NCBI GenBank assembly: GCA_000091205.1
Contig: AP006497.2
Origin: Cyanidioschyzon merolae
Taxonomy: Eukaryota
Strand: one strand, 5' to 3'
DNA length: 64,000 bases
Position numbers and translations under genes: made by a program. The notes beneath the pieces were generated by a model that was given only the letters and a program-made list of their open reading frames with translations, searched no databases and was not told the DNA's origin. Shown piece after piece: positions 1 to 11,826 of the stretch. Each line of letters starts with the position of its first letter. Within the stretch, counting starts at the first letter, position 1.

Positions 1-797
1 TTGGTTATGCCAGAATCATCATGGGACAAGTTGACCCAGCCATCGGCTTTGACATGATAAACGTTAATGTAGCCGCCGCTGTAAGCATCTCGGTGGGTTG
101 CGTGGAAGATAGCGCGTCGGCCGAGCTCCGCAGCCTCAGCTGCATCCATGTCCCAGCGATAGAACTGGTCCAGAACTCCGTAAGCAAATGTTGAACCTGA
201 CCCGACTGAGAATCGTGTCCCCCGTAAACGAACACCATCGCTATCGACGTAGAAAAGCTGCGGGCCGGTTTTATCCCAGCCCGCAATCATCGTGCCCATG
301 GACAATCCCATGCCCTTGTATTCGTAAACGATATTGGCAAGAAGCTTGGATGCAGCGGCGACTGAGATCCGTTCCCGGTGCTGCAACTCGTGTAGACGAC
401 ATCGCATTCCGAGATAGCGCTCCCAGAATGAGCAGTCGGCCGCGCCGCCCGCCATGGTGCCCAACAGATATGGATTGATCTCGATGATTTTCTTCACGGT
501 ACCAGATCCAATGTATTGGCCCATAGACGCTCTCGAGTCGACGGCCACAATAATCCCATCGCGGAAGACAAACGCTAAAGTGGTTGTCCCGTGCAAAAAC
601 TTCACCAAGGAGCTGTTCTGTTCGTCCCGTAGAACGTCCCGCAACCTCGGTGCGATGCTTGCTCCGCGAGGAACTCGAACTCGCCCAAGACTCAGGTCCA
701 TGGGTGCAGCGGTGTTGTCACCGTCCGAGCTGGGGCATATGTCGCTCCCGCTGCACAACGAAAACGTCCGATCTAAAAACTCCAGCGGTGCGTACAT
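1..797 (-). CDS. PSMB5: 20S proteasome subunit beta type-5 (chymotrypsin-like catalytic subunit), N-terminal ~265 aa; the C-terminal end runs off the window start
   Basis: Minus-strand translation from the ATG near 797 gives a propeptide followed by the mature N-terminus [60 protein letters not shown]...[25 protein letters not shown]...[15 protein letters not shown]...[13 protein letters not shown]. This is near-canonical beta5/PRE2 in one continuous frame. The listed ORF 5..286 is its downstream continuation. Confidence 0.9.
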   Translation of the reverse strand, partial: MYAPLEFLDRTFSLCSGSDICPSSDGDNTAAPMDLSLGRVRVPRGASIAPRLRDVLRDEQNSSLVKFLHGTTTLAFVFRDGIIVAVDSRASMGQYIGSGTVKKIIEINPYLLGTMAGGAADCSFWERYLGMRCRLHELQHRERISVAAASKLLANIVYEYKGMGLSMGTMIAGWDKTGPQLFYVDSDGVRLRGTRFSVGSGSTFAYGVLDQFYRWDMDAAEAAELGRRAIFHATHRDAYSGGYINVYHVKADGWVNLSHDDSGIT

Positions 798-2755
798 GAG
801 CGGAACAGGACGCTGAAACTTTGAGCTGTGAAGAGAACCGCGGTTTCCCTAACAAAGAACCGCCTGGTCGATGCAGAGCGCCGTTTGACCAGGAGTACAC
901 ACAGCAAAGCCAGTCAGAGAAGGGCCTCCAGAAGCGTCCCCGTGCGACAGTAAGGCGTGCCTCAGCCCGAGAACGGACGTGCGAAGTAGCTGCAAGTCTC
1001 CCGTGCTCACTTAAAGGAAACCTTCGGTTTTGTGCGTGGCAAGTCAATGGCCAAGCTGCTGAAGAACGAAGCAATCCTAACGGTGCGAGAACGTTGAACT
1101 GAGCCAGCCGCTCACGTCCACGCGAGAAACGCCTCGAGCCCGCGCAATACGCCTGAAACGTCGTGCCCGGCTTGCGGTTCAGCGCAGAAGCGCTGTCCAT
1201 ATTGGACCATTTTTGTACATAACTGCGCTTCAGCGTCGCTACACCCTTACCTGGAACACGGAACCGCTCGATATGTTTCTGAATTTTGATGTATTCGAAC
1301 TTTTTAGATGTGCAACATCGACATTCAAACTGCATCCGTGCGAGATTACGGATTCGTAGATACTTGTAAGGTGCTCGATCTTCTGCTGGGGTCGCTCTTT
1401 CGAATCGTCTCCGCGGGAATTCGTAATGTCTCTGAAATCAAGATGATTCGCAGAGTTATTGAACACGAGTTGGTAAAATAACTGATACAGGTATCCCATG
1501 CAAATGAACAAGTGCCATACCTTTTCCGTCCTTACTTGTACAACGCTCAAAACACGCATACACTCCGAGCTGTCTACATATCTGCATCAACGGAAATTTT
1601 GGACTCGACACTTTTCGCAGCTTGATTGACGAGGAATCATACTCCACTTTTTCGCATGAAGACTTTTCAAAAATTCATGCATAGAGTTCAATGAACTTGG
1701 CAAGTCGAGTATTCCATGCGGTCCAATAGACATATTCTGCTCTCCTAGTGGCTATCGAAGAGACGCCATTCCACGATAGCATCATGATCGGTCTCATCGG
1801 GCACCATCCTTGAGGCTCCCTGTCCTTTCTGTTTGTATGGGAAAGGATCTTGGACTCGGACCTCAGTCATTCCAGGCATCGCGTCCAATGGAGCATGTCT
1901 TGCCAGCTTGCATGAATCACGCGTACACAATTGCAAAGTTCTCGACATCGCCTTCCGCCTGGATGTTCCCTCCGGTACCTGTGCCACCACGGGCAGCTCC
2001 TCGTTCGACAAATCCTCTCTCTCGTACCGGACAGCGTACGCTCGCATATGCAGCAGACGTTGCACCCACTGGATGCCTTATCCAGAAGAGATCCGCTTTC
2101 CTAGGGTACCGCACTGAGCGCGAGAACGGGGCAGCGCCTCCCAGAGAGCCCCCTGGATCTGTCAAGCGTATGTAGCAAACGGTAGAGCAAGCGTACGCAA
2201 GCTACAAGGCGGCGTTCAGAGCATGAGCTGCGGCACGCATCCGGGAACACCCGGCGAGGTCCACGTTTCACTCCTGGAAAGCGCGCACGGCTGCCGCAGA
2301 TGATGATCATCAAAATGGCAAGCGAAGTATCGTTCGCAACGACCGCCCGTGCATGGAACGCGCGACCAAAGTTCGCGAGCTGCTACATCAGAACTTTCAT
2401 GCTGCTATCCACATGCTTCGGCTGCTGACAATAGAGCTGGAGGCGCTGCGCATACCACGCGAATGAAAGACGTAGCTGGTGGAGCAAGGAAAATCAAGCC
2501 GTCAGATACCTTGCCTCCATTGACTGTTGTTGACGACAATGGCAAGAAATCCTGACTTGAACGTGTACACTCGAGTCCGTATAGTGAAGCTCTTCCATTG
2601 TGGTCTGAAAATGACAAGTGCAAGGCAGAACTGTTCGTGTGCATCGGCAGTCGTGCGTTTACCCGCTGAGGCCGCCCGCGCCCAGCGTCCAGATCCGTCG
2701 AGCGATTCGTTTCCGTTCACAGCGTCTAGGGCTTGACCTTTAACGCTGTCTGTAT

Positions 2756-2783
2756 ATGTGTGTGTGTGTGTGTGTGGGTGCTC
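2756..2783. repeat. (TG)n dinucleotide microsatellite
   Basis: Uninterrupted tgtgtgtgtgtgtgtgtgtgtg run seen directly in the sequence. Confidence 0.95.
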
Positions 2784-2844
2784 CTGCGTACGCTCGATAG
2801 TCGACTACACCCAAAGAAGAATTTGAAATAGCAATCAAACGCTC

Positions 2845-3687
2845 ATGTTTGTCACATGTTTACTCGTGTCCGGTTCGAGGCGTAAAGGAACCGCTAACTG
2901 TGCATTGAACTTGCACAGAGCACAAACGGCAACCTGGGCAGCCTCGCGAAGCACGCAGCAGTTGCAAGTGCAAGGTTGGCGGAAACCCGTCAAACCAGGG
3001 GCATGCCAGGTCCTAAACGCCCAGTTAACTGTCTTTCGAAATCCGAAAAGCGGAGGGCCCGGCGCTCAAGCGAGCCGCGAGCCGCCGTCATTCGCACAGG
3101 TCTTGCGTGAAATGGCGCCCACTGGAAAACTCGACGACTTTGTCGTTTACGACTCAGACGGAAAACAACACCAGTTGCTCGATGTTGTCGGGAGTTACGG
3201 ACCAGAAGATAAGGATATGAAAGCAACGTTAGTGATCTGGCCGCGGCACTTTGGCTGCGTGCTTTGTCGCCGCCTCGTGAAAGAGCTCGCCGCCCGTGAA
3301 CAAGCCTTTCGACAAGAGCGCAAGTGGCGGCTCATGGTGATAGGTTGCGGCACTCCGGAGCAAGCTGCCAAGTTCCGTACGGATGCAACGCTTGGGCCCT
3401 TACCAGCGAGCATTCCGGTATACACAGATCCGTTGCGTCGTTCGTATCTCGCACTACGTTTCCGACGCGGTATTCTGTCAACGTTCAACTTGCCTGCACT
3501 ACAGAACATCTTGGACAGTTTTCAGAAAGGCGAGCGTCAGCGCTGGGATATGATTCCTCCGGACGCGTTCCAACAGGGTGGTATTGCGCTCATTGAACGG
3601 GATACCGGGGCACTCTGGATGCTGTACCGTAGTCAGTACGCTGGCGATGCGCCCACTGCAGAGGACCTCCTGAATATAGAACTTTGA
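2845..3687 (+). CDS. Thioredoxin-fold protein of the PRXL2/SelU (AhpC-TSA-like) family; the true start is probably an internal Met (~3112, MAPTGKLDDF)
   Basis: ORF of 280 aa. The segment KATLVIWPRHFGCVLCRRLVKELA...RLMVIGCGTPEQAAKFRTDATLGPLPASIPVYTDPLRRSYLAL resembles the CxxC-containing PRXL2/FAM213-type redox fold. Assignment rests on remembered family features, not a search. Confidence 0.55.
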   Translation: MFVTCLLVSGSRRKGTANCALNLHRAQTATWAASRSTQQLQVQGWRKPVKPGACQVLNAQLTVFRNPKSGGPGAQASREPPSFAQVLREMAPTGKLDDFVVYDSDGKQHQLLDVVGSYGPEDKDMKATLVIWPRHFGCVLCRRLVKELAAREQAFRQERKWRLMVIGCGTPEQAAKFRTDATLGPLPASIPVYTDPLRRSYLALRFRRGILSTFNLPALQNILDSFQKGERQRWDMIPPDAFQQGGIALIERDTGALWMLYRSQYAGDAPTAEDLLNIEL

Positions 3688-4289
3688 TGCAAGCTGGGAT
3701 ATATTTTGCGCATATTCATGGAACCAAGGCTTGTCGCCTGTTCTGGCATGAAACTCTGGTGCATGATGCCGGCGCGCCAGAACGATTCACGTTTCGACGT
3801 ATGACTTGGTACCGGCCCGGACTCCCTGGCGGGCGCTACTCTTTGGTCACATGGACAGCGTGCCGGGCGAACAGAGCCATAGCAGGAGCCGAGTGTCCCT
3901 ATATGGCCGACGTGTCTGTGTTCAGATAAAACGAACCTGGGATTGTGTGACGCCCACGCAAGGTGCGAGGCACTGGCAGCGGCTGCTGCTTCGCCTTCAG
4001 GAAAGACGCCAGTCGAACAGAGCCTCGTGACCGGCGACGGCACGCGAACGTACGGTCGCAGGTTGCTGCAGCTCACACCCTCTGTTGACAGCGTTTGGCG
4101 GTCATGACGCGTGCCGTCGCAAAGCTTCAAATCGTTCGGGCAATTTTACCCAGCGAGCAGGACCCCACACAGGAGAAGCACCTGAGACATCGTTCACGTA
4201 CGGAATTGCGATCTGTTACCCACCCACGTGAAACTGCACCAGACTGTGCACCCAGACGCTGTCCGCTGCGTACCGTCGACGGGACAGCT

Positions 4290-5555
4290 TCAGTGTGAGG
4301 CCATTTTACGAGCGACCAATTCACGTGTTGCTTGCACTTCAGCGGTTAGTTTCCTGGAGGTATCGTCGTTTTGCGTACGCGATATGGTCAAGCCATCTGC
4401 GAGCCGGCGACGTATTCGTACCAGCACCCGAACCAAGCCAGAAATTGCCATGACGAGTACGGCAACGATGAGCAAAGTACGCATCAGGCGGAGCAGCGCT
4501 CGCTGATGCCTCGCAGCGCCACGGCTGGTATGCCCAGCGACATGCTCACGCAAGCCGAGTTCCAAGGTGTAGAGCTTGCGCCACCATTTGCCCGTAACAT
4601 AAAGATTTCGTGGTCGATTCGCATCCCAGGCAATCCCATTGAGCACTGCATCCGGATGTACGGGGTGCACCGGTGACGGGCCCTGCGCTGTTCGCTCCAG
4701 TGCCAGCACCGACAGGTTCAGTTCACCGACAAACAGCGCATGACGCTGACGCTCCAGACCCGCGCAAATATCCATAACAACGATGTTGCTTGAAAGCCAG
4801 ATATTTGCCCATAATTCGGGGAAGCGTTCCGGCCGATTTGCAGCTGGTCTCATGACGACCTCCAGTTCGTTCAGAGACGAGACCTGCTCTCCCGAGCAGG
4901 GATGGTGTAACGCGGGAAAGCTCGTGAGCCATGCTAGTGTCCGGGGATGTCGCACTGTAATGATGCTCGATCCGTTGCTCATGAGGAAGCAAGCTGGCTC
5001 CTCATCTCGTCGAAGACAGTGCTCCGAGTCGGAGCAGGTCCATTGCCGCAACGCACCCGGGCAGGCTGCCAGGTGGTCCCAGTGGACTGCAGCGAGACCC
5101 CAGGCACCCGAGGGCCCGTACGGAATGTCCTGCCCAAAACGGTATCGGAGCTCCGTGCGATCGAAGGTTAGGGCACGTCCAGCGCTCAAGGTCAAGACGA
5201 CGATAGCATCGTCGAAGGCGCGGTATGCAGCACCTTCGGCAAAGAGGCTAGCAGGTTCCACACGCGCTGTCTGTAGGACGCGACCTGTTGGTAGTTCAAC
5301 GTGTTGCAGCCTCGAACGAAAACGAAGCCCGCTCGACTCGTATAATCGACTGCTATTGATGGGGTCAACGAAGAGACCCTGCGTAAACGTAGTCTCGTCG
5401 TGTGGGAGTGCGTTTAAGACGCGAAAGGGAATAGCGTGTTGAAGGTAGCAGACGCGCTGAGCGTCTGGCGCCCAGGCCCGGTGCAGCACCGCTCCAGAGA
5501 CGACAGCTACGGCACTTGCGATGAACAGAAAGAGCGTGTGGAGTGGTCTGTGCAT
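4290..5555 (-). CDS. Glutaminyl-peptide cyclotransferase (plant/bacterial beta-propeller type) with N-terminal signal peptide and a C-terminal hydrophobic anchor
   Basis: ORF of 421 aa. Family motifs are present: HDETTFTQGL, LYESSGLRFRSRLQHVELPTGRV, LFAEGAAY, NGIAWDANRPRNLYVTGKWWRKLYTLEL. The N-terminus MHRPLHTLFLFIASAVAVVSGA is signal-like. The C-terminus LLIVAVLVMAISGLVRVLV is TM-like. Confidence 0.75.
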   Translation of the reverse strand: MHRPLHTLFLFIASAVAVVSGAVLHRAWAPDAQRVCYLQHAIPFRVLNALPHDETTFTQGLFVDPINSSRLYESSGLRFRSRLQHVELPTGRVLQTARVEPASLFAEGAAYRAFDDAIVVLTLSAGRALTFDRTELRYRFGQDIPYGPSGAWGLAAVHWDHLAACPGALRQWTCSDSEHCLRRDEEPACFLMSNGSSIITVRHPRTLAWLTSFPALHHPCSGEQVSSLNELEVVMRPAANRPERFPELWANIWLSSNIVVMDICAGLERQRHALFVGELNLSVLALERTAQGPSPVHPVHPDAVLNGIAWDANRPRNLYVTGKWWRKLYTLELGLREHVAGHTSRGAARHQRALLRLMRTLLIVAVLVMAISGLVRVLVRIRRRLADGLTISRTQNDDTSRKLTAEVQATRELVARKMASH

Positions 5556-5970
5556 GCTCCTCTTTGAATGCAGCTGTGCTCTTTTACGGCAGACGAAGCC
5601 GTGTTGTTCATACTACCGAACAGTGGAATCACTTCATCGGATCCAGTCGATGGCAGAGCTTGTTTGCCGCATGAAGCATTTGCAAAGCGAAGGCAGTTGC
5701 GCTTCGCATGCGGGTGCACTTGTTTTTCCTGGAGCTGTAAACCCCTGCGGGCTCTCATCAACGTACGGTGACGAGGTTGCACACATCCGGGAGACATTTG
5801 GGCAAGCGCCTGTTCTCGAGAAGAGGTGCTGGTTCTGAGGTAGCGCTCACCTGGTGTTTGGTGTCGCTATTCCGCTTTCCGAGACGGTGCTGTTGTGGAG
5901 CATCGTGCGCAGGTCTCCAGGCTTCTGTTCGGTGCTTGGTTTGGTAAGCGTAGCGAGAACAGGCCTCGTG

Positions 5971-6261
5971 ATGGCCCAGAAGCGCCACACGGTTGCACAG
6001 GACCGCGAAACGGCAAACGCTGGGCACGGTGAACCGCAGGATGAGGTTGCAGGTTCGACGTCTGATGCGTGCCAAGCTCTCTTCGACGCCTACATATCCT
6101 GTACACAGCGCTATTTGAGCAGAGGCGGCTTGATCAGAGACGAGTGTCGTCAGGAAGCGAGAGCCTATCGGGAGTGCATAGCGCACTATCTGGAACAGCA
6201 GCGAGCGACCTCGAGTGTCGGTAGAGTGCGGGCAGAACCGACGCGTTTCCAGGACTCGTGA
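5971..6261 (+). CDS. Small twin Cx9C (CHCH-domain) protein, likely mitochondrial intermembrane-space
   Basis: Within ORF 5854..6261 there are two Cx9C motifs: CQALFDAYISC and CRQEARAYREC. The start is placed at the internal Met (MAQKRHTV...). The upstream part of the ORF looks non-coding. Confidence 0.5.
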   Translation: MAQKRHTVAQDRETANAGHGEPQDEVAGSTSDACQALFDAYISCTQRYLSRGGLIRDECRQEARAYRECIAHYLEQQRATSSVGRVRAEPTRFQDS

Positions 6262-7234
6262 CGCGATACGACTCGAAAGCTACTGCGTAACAGGGCAAGT
6301 ACAGAAACGAGAAGCTGTCACTGCATCCTGTGACGTGGCGCTGTTCAGGGAGCACTGCAATCAAGTCGCTTTACCGAAACTGCTGTATAGCGATGGGGGT
6401 TCTCTCGAGGCCGCTTCGCTGCATCGTTGAAGGAATAGAAGCCCCGAGGAAATCGCTTTGACAGAGAAGTCATGTGAAAACGATTGCACCAGTGAAAGCA
6501 ACTGTTATTCCTGTGTTCTGATTACAACTGCTCAAAATGAAATGGAAGCGGAGTGCGGTGTCATATCATAAAAAATGTGATGCTGGCGCTAGTCGACATC
6601 CATCCAAGCAAGCGCCAACATTGGCCTTGGTTGGTCGTTCATGATACGCTGATACGTGTTCTTTGTTTTATTTCTTTTGAACAAGGTATCCGCTCTGCAG
6701 CGAGCTGCTGGGAAGCCGCTCGGGAAACGCTCATGACAGCCTAAAGTTCTGTGTTCGGATCAAGCGAAACCTCTAGTGCAATCATCTTCGCAATGAGACG
6801 CTTGTCGGCAGGGAGCAGATGTTTACAAAGCCTCCCGTTACAATCGTGCGTTTACGAGAAGCTGCAGCGATAGCCCTGGGGGCCTCCCAGCGTCAAGAGT
6901 CCGCGCAGCATCCTCGCACGACGGCCAAGCTGGCGGTATACTCAGGTCCGAGGTCAGCGATGCTTCCTGGGACGACATTCGCAGCCGCAGCGTCCCGTAC
7001 ACCGCAAAAAGGGTATGGTTGCGTCAGAGACCTGTTCGGGATAGATTCGCTCCCCGACATACGTTCAGCGGCAGTGCTTTCTTTTGCCGAAACGGCTATG
7101 CGATAAAGCAAGCCAGCGAGCGAAAAACCATGGATACCAGTCCAGTTCAGCGCGTTCCACTCGCGACGCTCGCACGACAAGTGCGGCAACTCGGACTGGT
7201 TTGGCACTGAGCACGATTCCAACTTTTCCGGTCG

Positions 7235-8716
7235 CTAGCGGCGAGGAATTGCCCCGCTTCGACCAGACATAAGCTGCTGCATGACGCGCTGGAGGCCACC
7301 CGGACCGCTTCCCAGTTGTTGGAGCATGCGTGGGTCCATCATTCTTTGCATCTGCTGCTCCATAGCGCCTATATTGGGTATGCTGTTTGGGCCGGTACCG
7401 TGGCCAACGCCGCCGTGCCCGGGCTGCATCAGGTGCTTCATATTCTTCCCGATACGACTCCATGCCTTGCTGATCAGTTTGTATTGTGTGAGAACCTCAT
7501 CAACCTCCTGCACAGAACGACCACTACCACGAGCAATGCGACGTTTGCGTGAATCATCCCACCGCACTGAAGTACTTTCATCAAGCTCTTCCCGATTCAT
7601 GGAATCGAGAATGACGAGCATATTCCGCACTCGAGTTTGAGCGTCCTTCTCGGAGCCTTTGGGCAGTATCTCCGCCATGCCCGGCATCATGGAGGCGACT
7701 TTGCTCAGCGGCCCAAGCCGCAGCACATTCGAGTACTGCATCTGCATATCGCGCAGCGTCAGGATGCCCTGTGAAATGCGATTCATTTGCTCCTCATCGG
7801 GATTCTCCAGATCTGCCTCCGCAATGGTCGACACGAGACCACGCACGTCTCCCATGCCTAAAAGGCGTCCGACAAAACTCTGTACCTGGAACTCTTCCAA
7901 GTCGTCTAGGTGTTCGCCAGTGCCCAGGAACACGATCGGTGAATGGGTAGCGGCCACTGCGCTGAGGGCACCACCGCCACGGGCGTGGCCGTCCATCTTG
8001 GTGAGGATGACGGAACCCACTCGAACGCGCTGTTGAAACGCTCGTGCCTGGTCGTAAGCTGCCTGACCGATGGAACCGTCCATCACGAATATCACGTGAT
8101 CTGGAGTCAGCGCTCGGTCCAATTGCTCCATTTCAGCGAAGAGGGCTGCCTCCTGCTTGTGCCGTCCACTCGTATCGACCAGAATGACTTCGAAGCCCTC
8201 GCGACGGAATCTTTCGACGCCCTCGCTCGCAACCTTGACAGCGTCGGTCTCACCGTAGCGCCCATAAAAAGGAACACGTGCACGTGTTGCATTCTGTCGC
8301 AGTTGGTCGAAGGCTCCCGCTCGAAAGGTATCGGCACAAACGAGGCCGGTGCGGTATCCCTTGCGCTTGTAAAAATAGGCTACTTTGACACAGCTGGTAG
8401 TCTTGCCGTTTCCCTGGAGACCGACGAACATGATGACGTTTGATTGGCCGCGTTGTGGTCTATAGGGCGGTATGCCTGGGTCCAGCATACGACATAGCTC
8501 CTCGAAGACGGTTTTGTGGATGAGGCGGCGACGATTGGTGCCCGGCGGGAGCTCGGCTAGTCGAACGCGGTTCTTCACGCGCTGGCGCAGCTCCGAGACC
8601 TGTTTTACGTTGACATCAGCCTCGAGAAGGGCACGTGCTACCTCTTTTAGAGCTGCTTCCAAAGCTGTTTCATCTACGACGACTTGGTTGGTTAGCGACT
8701 GCAGCGCCTTGACGAT
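7235..8716 (-). CDS. SRP54: Signal recognition particle 54 kDa protein (SRP54 GTPase)
   Basis: Continuous ORF (listed 7235..8785; the likely start is MVLETLGTKIVKAL at ~8716). It has an N domain, a G domain with GLQGNGKTTSCVKVAYFYKRKG and DTSGRHKQEAALFAEMEQL, and a Met-rich M domain (MEQQMQRMMDPRMLQQLG). Confidence 0.95.
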   Translation of the reverse strand: MVKALQSLTNQVVVDETALEAALKEVARALLEADVNVKQVSELRQRVKNRVRLAELPPGTNRRRLIHKTVFEELCRMLDPGIPPYRPQRGQSNVIMFVGLQGNGKTTSCVKVAYFYKRKGYRTGLVCADTFRAGAFDQLRQNATRARVPFYGRYGETDAVKVASEGVERFRREGFEVILVDTSGRHKQEAALFAEMEQLDRALTPDHVIFVMDGSIGQAAYDQARAFQQRVRVGSVILTKMDGHARGGGALSAVAATHSPIVFLGTGEHLDDLEEFQVQSFVGRLLGMGDVRGLVSTIAEADLENPDEEQMNRISQGILTLRDMQMQYSNVLRLGPLSKVASMMPGMAEILPKGSEKDAQTRVRNMLVILDSMNREELDESTSVRWDDSRKRRIARGSGRSVQEVDEVLTQYKLISKAWSRIGKNMKHLMQPGHGGVGHGTGPNSIPNIGAMEQQMQRMMDPRMLQQLGSGPGGLQRVMQQLMSGRSGAIPRR

Positions 8717-10699
8717 TTTGGTTCCAAGTGTTTCGAGAACCATGAAGCTGTGCAGGTGGCGCCGAACCGCAACAGCCTCCAGCACTTACGGCCGTTTTTT
8801 GACCTTGGAAGGCGCACCCGCTCCAATAAAAAGTGCTGGAGGCAGCCGCTGTTCCTTGTGACAGGTGCGTGCGAAGCACCGCGTACCGCAAAAACGGAGC
8901 GTTCCCCGGTAAACGACTGACCAGGTTGAGGTTTCGGGTCTGGGTAGCTGCTGGGACGTAGCAGCGGGCCCCGGTGCGGCCTGCTGTTCAACTAGATGGG
9001 TGCGTTCATAGAATGAGCAAGTATATACTATGGTGTTCGGAAAGTATAGTTTAGTCGCAGGGGCGAACACGCCTCGCCGATCTGCGCGCCTTGCTGCCCC
9101 GCTGCGTTTGGCAGATGAGCATGGGATGCGACGCTGGTCACTCGGTTCCCGAATTTCGAGTTGTTCCACCAGCATGAGCACCGAGATGCAGACTCGATAT
9201 TCATAGAGTGGCAATCAAGGCTCACGAGCGCCCGGGTAGCTTTCGAATTCGCGGTCGTCGTTTCGGAGTGGATTCTGGGAGACGTTGCAGTTGGAATGCC
9301 TCATGGGAGCGGCATCAAAAAATGATTCGCGACACCTTTGAACAAGGGTTCGTCCAGTAACCGACTTCGCCATCCCGTTTGTACGTATACCGCTCCATGA
9401 TTCGCTTTTGCGTACGTATAGCATGCGCAAACCGCGCATTGTTCAAGTTGCAGGTCTTTTATTTCTAAGAAAACGCAAGGATGCAGCAATGCGCGCTGCT
9501 GCATTCACGAGGCGCGAAGCTCGTCGTCGTCCTTTGGCGACTTGTTCAGAAACGCATGCAGAAACTTCGTTGACCCGATCACGTTAAATACTCAATTCTA
9601 TTCGAAAGAAAAACGCTACTCCTTTCTTTGACCATCGACGCGAATGCAATCGGCGTCAACATGTTCTCGCTCATGGGACATGCTCCCAGAGGTTCGCGTC
9701 TCTTCTGTTTGCGTGGAAGTGGGTCTTGGGGTCGGACCTGATTTGCTGCAGCAATCGCCTGCAGTGGGGAGTGCGTCACTGCTTTGTACGAAGCGGTTTC
9801 GTCCGATCGAAAAGATTTCGATTGTTCTCCAGCCTGGATTCTCCTTCCTGTTCTTGTTTCATCATGGATAACATCGCCGCTCGCGAATTCTCTATCGAAT
9901 GTAAAAGCGTGCACTTGCATGTGAGCGAACAGAACACTCCCTGAGCGGATCGGCATGAAGAGGCCTCTGTTCGTGGTGTACGGCGTCAGGCGCGAAAACG
10001 GAGAAGAGCATCGGGACGACATTGTGTATCCGTCAAGGGCATGGACCGAGCAGTGCAGCAAGCATACGCGTGTGACGAGGCGGCGTTCAGAGGAGGAGAT
10101 GTGGGAGACCTACGGGAACACCTGGCAACGGACAGGTGCCATTGCTGCGACGGACATGCCCTGATCATATGCGAAGGAGACGATACCGGTTGGTGAATCG
10201 TCGATCGATCGCAACTTTCTGCTGTGTATGAACTGGGTAGAAAACAGTGGGAAGCAGCGTCATCGCGACATGAACGATGCCATCAGCATCCTTCGACCTC
10301 GTTCATCGGACCCGAGCTGGCGCGATAGACCTCGGTATGTGAAGCCGGATACCAGAGCGATGAAGTGGAAACATTTGCGGAAGAATCCCGTAAAGGCTGA
10401 CGTTGATCACAGTACGAAGAGACGCAAACTTGCGCGTGCACGCCAGAGTTCGCTACGTGGACTCCCGCCACCTTAGTCCAACACGGATATACTTGTTCAC
10501 GTCGCACAGTCCTATTACCCAACTGTATCTGCTTTCATGGTCGAGACTACCGGTCGCATACGACGCATCAGAGACCGTATCCCGCAGAACTGAAGATAGC
10601 GCTTGTGAGCGCCCGGGAAGTGTTTGCGCGCTCGACATCGCAACGCCACCGCGCGTTGCTCTGCGGTGAATCACCGAGTGTTGCGCATGATTCGATGTA

Positions 10700-11200
10700 T
10701 TGGGGGCAACATTGCTGACAACGTTCGCGTTAGCCTGTTGGTTTGTTGGGATACCTGCCCTCGACGCAACGAGCGCTTGCCGCAGAGCATTCAGTGTCTG
10801 CAAACCTCGCTCTATGGCACTGCTCTATGAAAAGTCCGCGACCTGGCGTTGGCTCGTGCAGCAGGCGCGACGCTCCACAGCAGGGTTGCTCCGAGTGAGC
10901 GGCGCCTTCATTGCGATAGGTATGGGCACTGGTGTTGCGATTTATGCTTTTAGTGAGTGGTTCTCCGGTGGTGCGGAAGTGCGCGCGGCAAACTACCGGG
11001 CAGCTATGCGTCACGACCCGGAGGCTAAGCGCTACGCCGACCACAGCCGGGACGCGCTGCGAGCACTTTTCGCCCAACGAGCGGACCAGCAGAATGTGGA
11101 GCCGGAGACGAGCTCTGAAAAGAGCTCCGTAGCGCTCCCGAAGATTCCCCGAGTGGCCTGGCACCCCAAGGCCGACCCCAAGCCGGACTCGTGTTCCTAG
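10700..11200 (+). CDS. Hypothetical small single-pass membrane protein with a glycine-zipper TM segment
   Basis: ORF of 166 aa. The internal Met MALLYEKS... is followed by the TM-like segment GAFIAIGMGTGVAIYAF. No family was recognised. Coding status is uncertain. Confidence 0.3.
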   Translation: MGATLLTTFALACWFVGIPALDATSACRRAFSVCKPRSMALLYEKSATWRWLVQQARRSTAGLLRVSGAFIAIGMGTGVAIYAFSEWFSGGAEVRAANYRAAMRHDPEAKRYADHSRDALRALFAQRADQQNVEPETSSEKSSVALPKIPRVAWHPKADPKPDSCS

Positions 11201-11826
11201 ACGACCACGGTCGCTGGTCGCTTCCCCGGGTCGGTTGGGTCCCGGGTGTCGCTCCTCTTCTTGAGTCGTGTTGCACACTCGGGTGCACCTCGCTCGATGC
11301 CCTCATACCACTCCGCCAAAACAGGCAGCCAAGTCGGAGACGCCAACATAGAGGCCTCGACGCTGTCGCCTTGGAGACCAGGGGTGTCTGCTGTTGCGGT
11401 TGGCGCTGAAAGGTTACTCGAGCCCTGGATAGAGCCCTGAGACGCACCTGCTTGCTCGCGAGGTGCCTCTCGGGGTGCTGGCCCCTGCCTCTGAGCTGGC
11501 TGGTCGGAGCGAGTCCGCCGTCGCCAACGAAACCAGCCCCCTGAACCCGTGCGTGCGGCGGGTGCTGTGGACCCTGAACCTGTCGCCTTTAACTCACACA
11601 GTGCCTGTTCACTGCAAAGCATCTCCGCCAATTGCCAAGCTCGCGTTTGAACCAACTGCCTGCGCGCCTCTGCTAGCTGCGACTCGCGGTGCTTAAAGTC
11701 TGCGATCTGTAACCGCAGGCGCTCTTTATCGTCCTCTAGCTGCGTTTTACGCTCTAAACCCTGCAATGCCACTGCGAGCGCTAAACCAGCACACCCCATA
11801 GCGATCCAGTCCCAACGAGGAGCCAT
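11197..11826 (-). CDS. Hypothetical protein with N-terminal TM helix plus coiled-coil segment
   Basis: ORF of 209 aa, MAPRWDWIAMGCAGLALAVALQGLERKTQLEDDKERLRLQIADFKHRESQLAEARRQL.... No recognisable domain. Low-complexity C-terminus. Confidence 0.25.
   Translation of the reverse strand: MAPRWDWIAMGCAGLALAVALQGLERKTQLEDDKERLRLQIADFKHRESQLAEARRQLVQTRAWQLAEMLCSEQALCELKATGSGSTAPAARTGSGGWFRWRRRTRSDQPAQRQGPAPREAPREQAGASQGSIQGSSNLSAPTATADTPGLQGDSVEASMLASPTWLPVLAEWYEGIERGAPECATRLKKRSDTRDPTDPGKRPATVVV

Noticed and set aside
188-816. Plus-strand ORFs 188..478, 454..816 and 584..799
   Set aside because: They run antisense to the well-supported proteasome beta5 coding sequence. They are GC-rich frame artefacts.
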